The notes below the pieces were generated by a model, which worked only from the letters and a program-made list of their open reading frames with translations, made no database searches and was not told where the DNA came from. From NCBI RefSeq assembly GCF_029504745.1, contig NZ_JAQFIQ010000065.1, forward strand, positions 1-9,568: DNA of 9,568 nucleotides, written 5' to 3'. This document shows positions 7,821 through 9,568 of this stretch, piece by piece. This stretch comes from Breznakia sp. PF5-3 (GTDB taxonomy: Bacteria > Bacillota_I > Bacilli_A > Erysipelotrichales > Erysipelotrichaceae). Position 1 is the first letter of the stretch; each line of letters begins with the position of its first letter. Position numbers and translations under genes: made by a program.

Positions 7821-9358
7821 TATGACCTCATTTTTTTCTTGCCAATATAAAGTAAAGATATACATGAAAATAATGCTAGTAAAATATAGTATTCATATCT
7901 AGTGTGATCTCCGGTATAAGGTGCATCAGGAGTAATGGTTAGTGGCTTTTTCACTACTGTTTCATGCTCGGGTTGTTGTACTTCTGGTTTTGCTTCAGGG
8001 GTAGGATCTGTAATGGAAGGTGTTTCTTTTTTCGCAGTTGCGAAAGTTAAGTTAAATCCAAAATCCATATATCGAAAAGCATTCCAAGCATTTGGAACAT
8101 CCATATATACTTCCATTGTATCAATGGTTAACATTTCTCCATCTTGAAGATAAGTTCCTTGTTGCATAGCCGTAGCTACAGCGCTATTTGATGCTTCATT
8201 CTTATCAATATATTTTTTCATTCCTGTGTGTTGTGCATCATAACTTTCTACACCAGTTACATTTAGTGGCTGGTTTACATTATCAAAAGTGATACGCAGA
8301 CAACGATCATATAAGTATTCATAACCAAGTGCTAATACTTCTGGGTCGCTTTCTAATAAGTAGTAAGTTTTAGTATAAGGATAATCAATAGCGCTGAAAT
8401 TATAAGATCCATTATACATGCTTGCAATACCCCAAGTTTGAAAGTGTTTTAGTGAACCATCATGAAGTGCTGTTACAGGAATAAAGAAATCATCACTACC
8501 GCCTCGATTGCCTTTATAGTTTGTAATTGCGCTTTGTCCACTTTTTCCATTTACAGAACCTTCATTACCCCATCCAAATATATTAGTTTTTTCAACGAAT
8601 GAAAGTTCATTTAATGAAGTAACATCGTAATATGCTTTTAAAAAGTCCGCATATGTTCTTGTTTCATCAGCTGGTAAAGTGATACTTATGCCATCTGCAT
8701 TCATAAAAGTATTTTGCTCTTTTATTTTTTGATCCAGACTATTCATTTGTATTAGTGTAACATTTGTTGCACTCGATGCATTGAACAAAGATATAACGGC
8801 TGGATTTATACAACGTAATGGCGCTATAACTGAGCGCACATTGTATCCATCAAAGCCAATTGCATTTAACGTCATATCAGATATTTTATTACCAATTAAC
8901 ATTTGATATGGATCATGCCAAGCTTGTCCCCATCCATATCCATAACCATTTTGTAGTGTAGGTGTTGTTTGTTCAGGTATAAATACATCCCCGGTAGGAA
9001 TCCAGTTTATAGTTGAAAAACTATAATCTTTATAAGTGATTGATTTTCCACTCATATTAATAATTTTTAATGGAATCTTTGTTGTAGAACCTAGGTTCTT
9101 ATTTTTACGCATCATGTATTCCATATATTCTGCAAGAGGATCTGCATCGATTACAATCGTGCCATCTGCTTCCACCATATCTTCACGAATAGTGTAAGTG
9201 AAATAACCTTCATCATCTTGTTTTACTTGTCCATATTCATCAATTAGCCATCCACTTTGCAATGTATCAGCAAATGTATTTGAATCATAATTTGCGAATA
9301 CACAAGTGATACATAGTAGAAGGCTGATACTAAACAACCATACTTTTCTTAACTTCAT
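7820..9358 (-). CDS. Secreted, probably sortase-anchored cell-surface protein of unknown function
   Basis: N-terminal signal peptide MKLRKVWLFSISLLLCITCVFA. About 410 aa with no motif I recognise. A Pro/Glu/Thr-rich stalk (TPSITDPTPEAKPEVQQPEHETVVKKPLTITPD). A C-terminal tripartite sorting signal: APYTG (nt 7910-7924), a hydrophobic span YYILLALFSCISLLYIG and a basic tail KKKMRS. Confidence 0.75.
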   Translation of the reverse strand: MKLRKVWLFSISLLLCITCVFANYDSNTFADTLQSGWLIDEYGQVKQDDEGYFTYTIREDMVEADGTIVIDADPLAEYMEYMMRKNKNLGSTTKIPLKIINMSGKSITYKDYSFSTINWIPTGDVFIPEQTTPTLQNGYGYGWGQAWHDPYQMLIGNKISDMTLNAIGFDGYNVRSVIAPLRCINPAVISLFNASSATNVTLIQMNSLDQKIKEQNTFMNADGISITLPADETRTYADFLKAYYDVTSLNELSFVEKTNIFGWGNEGSVNGKSGQSAITNYKGNRGGSDDFFIPVTALHDGSLKHFQTWGIASMYNGSYNFSAIDYPYTKTYYLLESDPEVLALGYEYLYDRCLRITFDNVNQPLNVTGVESYDAQHTGMKKYIDKNEASNSAVATAMQQGTYLQDGEMLTIDTMEVYMDVPNAWNAFRYMDFGFNLTFATAKKETPSITDPTPEAKPEVQQPEHETVVKKPLTITPDAPYTGDHTRYEYYILLALFSCISLLYIGKKKMRS

Positions 9359-9503
9359 TTATAAATAACCTTGCCTTTCTAAACTGTTTTTAAGCAAATT
9401 TACTATAACAGTTTAAAAAAATAGTTATTAAATTTGTTATAGATGATAATTAAATTGTAATAAAGCGGGAAAGGGGAACTGCAACAGTTTAATTGACAAC
9501 TAG

Positions 9504-9568
9504 TTAAGATACATGTGATATTTGTTGTTGGTACTTATAGGGTGTCATCATAAACTTGGTATGAATAC
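9504..9568 (-). CDS. 3' end (20 codons) of a gene entering from the right edge; possibly a DDE/rve-type transposase C-terminus
   Basis: The minus-strand frame is open from the window edge to TAA (9506-9504). The peptide IHTKFMMTPYKYQQQISHVS* loosely resembles the (G)xxSP/TPxxY(R/Q) tail of integrase-core transposases. The sequence after the stop ends ...TGCA at 9480. This is weak, short evidence. Confidence 0.3.
   Translation of the reverse strand, partial: IHTKFMMTPYKYQQQISHVS

Noticed and set aside
262-8147. ORF-track entries antisense to the large genes: 262-474, 1018-1503, 1620-1811, 2357-2584, 2556-2807, 3186-3425, 5803-6342, 6239-6460, 6432-6626, 7131-7340, 7395-7679, 7935-8147
   Set aside because: Each lies wholly or largely inside a confidently identified gene on the opposite strand. 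They have no RBS and give low-complexity or Ser/Pro/Ile-rich shadow translations with no recognisable family motifs.
9269-9358. Lipoprotein lipobox in the signal peptide of the 512-aa protein (LLLC or CITC)
   Set aside because: The residues before either Cys (L-L-L and C-I-T) do not fit the [LVI][ASTVI][GAS]C lipobox. A type I cleavage after VFA or TFA is more plausible, and the protein has a C-terminal sorting signal instead.
9493-9522. Plus-strand promoter-like TTGACA-18 nt-TGtGATATT
   Set aside because: It points into the antisense strand of the right-edge partial ORF, with no plus-strand gene downstream within the window. Chance matches are common in AT-rich DNA.
1-9568. Composite transposon formed by inward-facing transposase ends at both window edges
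   Set aside because: The two ends differ in tail peptide and terminal sequence. The intervening DNA is core housekeeping (ilv, tsaC, rpiB, glyA) in conserved synteny. Independent IS insertions are the simpler reading.
1-9568. CRISPR arrays, tRNA/rRNA genes, retron- or DGR-like repeats
   Set aside because: By eye I found no spaced direct repeats of 25 bp or more, no tRNA-like GC-rich cloverleaf segments and no rRNA-like sequence. The only exact repeats are the short ones reported above.

Overview
AT-rich, low-GC Gram-positive (Bacillota-like) chromosomal segment, mostly core metabolism. The minus strand carries a branched-chain amino-acid operon, ilvB-ilvN-ilvC-ilvD (5008 down to 105). It is driven from a very AT-rich 300-bp divergent intergenic region (5009-5311). 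The plus strand carries the conserved tsaC(ywlC)-rpiB-glyA cluster (5507-7794). An unlisted 58-codon ORF (5312-5488) precedes it and looks like a truncated, toxin-less YefM/Phd antitoxin domain. A bidirectional terminator (7794-7820) separates glyA from a convergent 512-aa secreted protein of unknown function (7820-9358, minus). That protein has a signal peptide, a Pro/Glu-rich stalk and a non-canonical sortase-type sorting signal (APYTG + TM + KKKMRS). The left edge (1-94) is the 3' end of an IS3-family insertion sequence, ending about 10 bp from the ilvD stop. The right edge (9504-9568, minus) may be the 3' end of a second, different transposase. No rRNA, tRNA or CRISPR array was seen, and no clear multi-gene novel system. 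The best candidates for follow-up are the orphan YefM-like ORF, the uncharacterised surface protein next to IS material, and the palindrome/uORF in the ilvB leader. All other ORF-track entries are antisense shadows of real genes.
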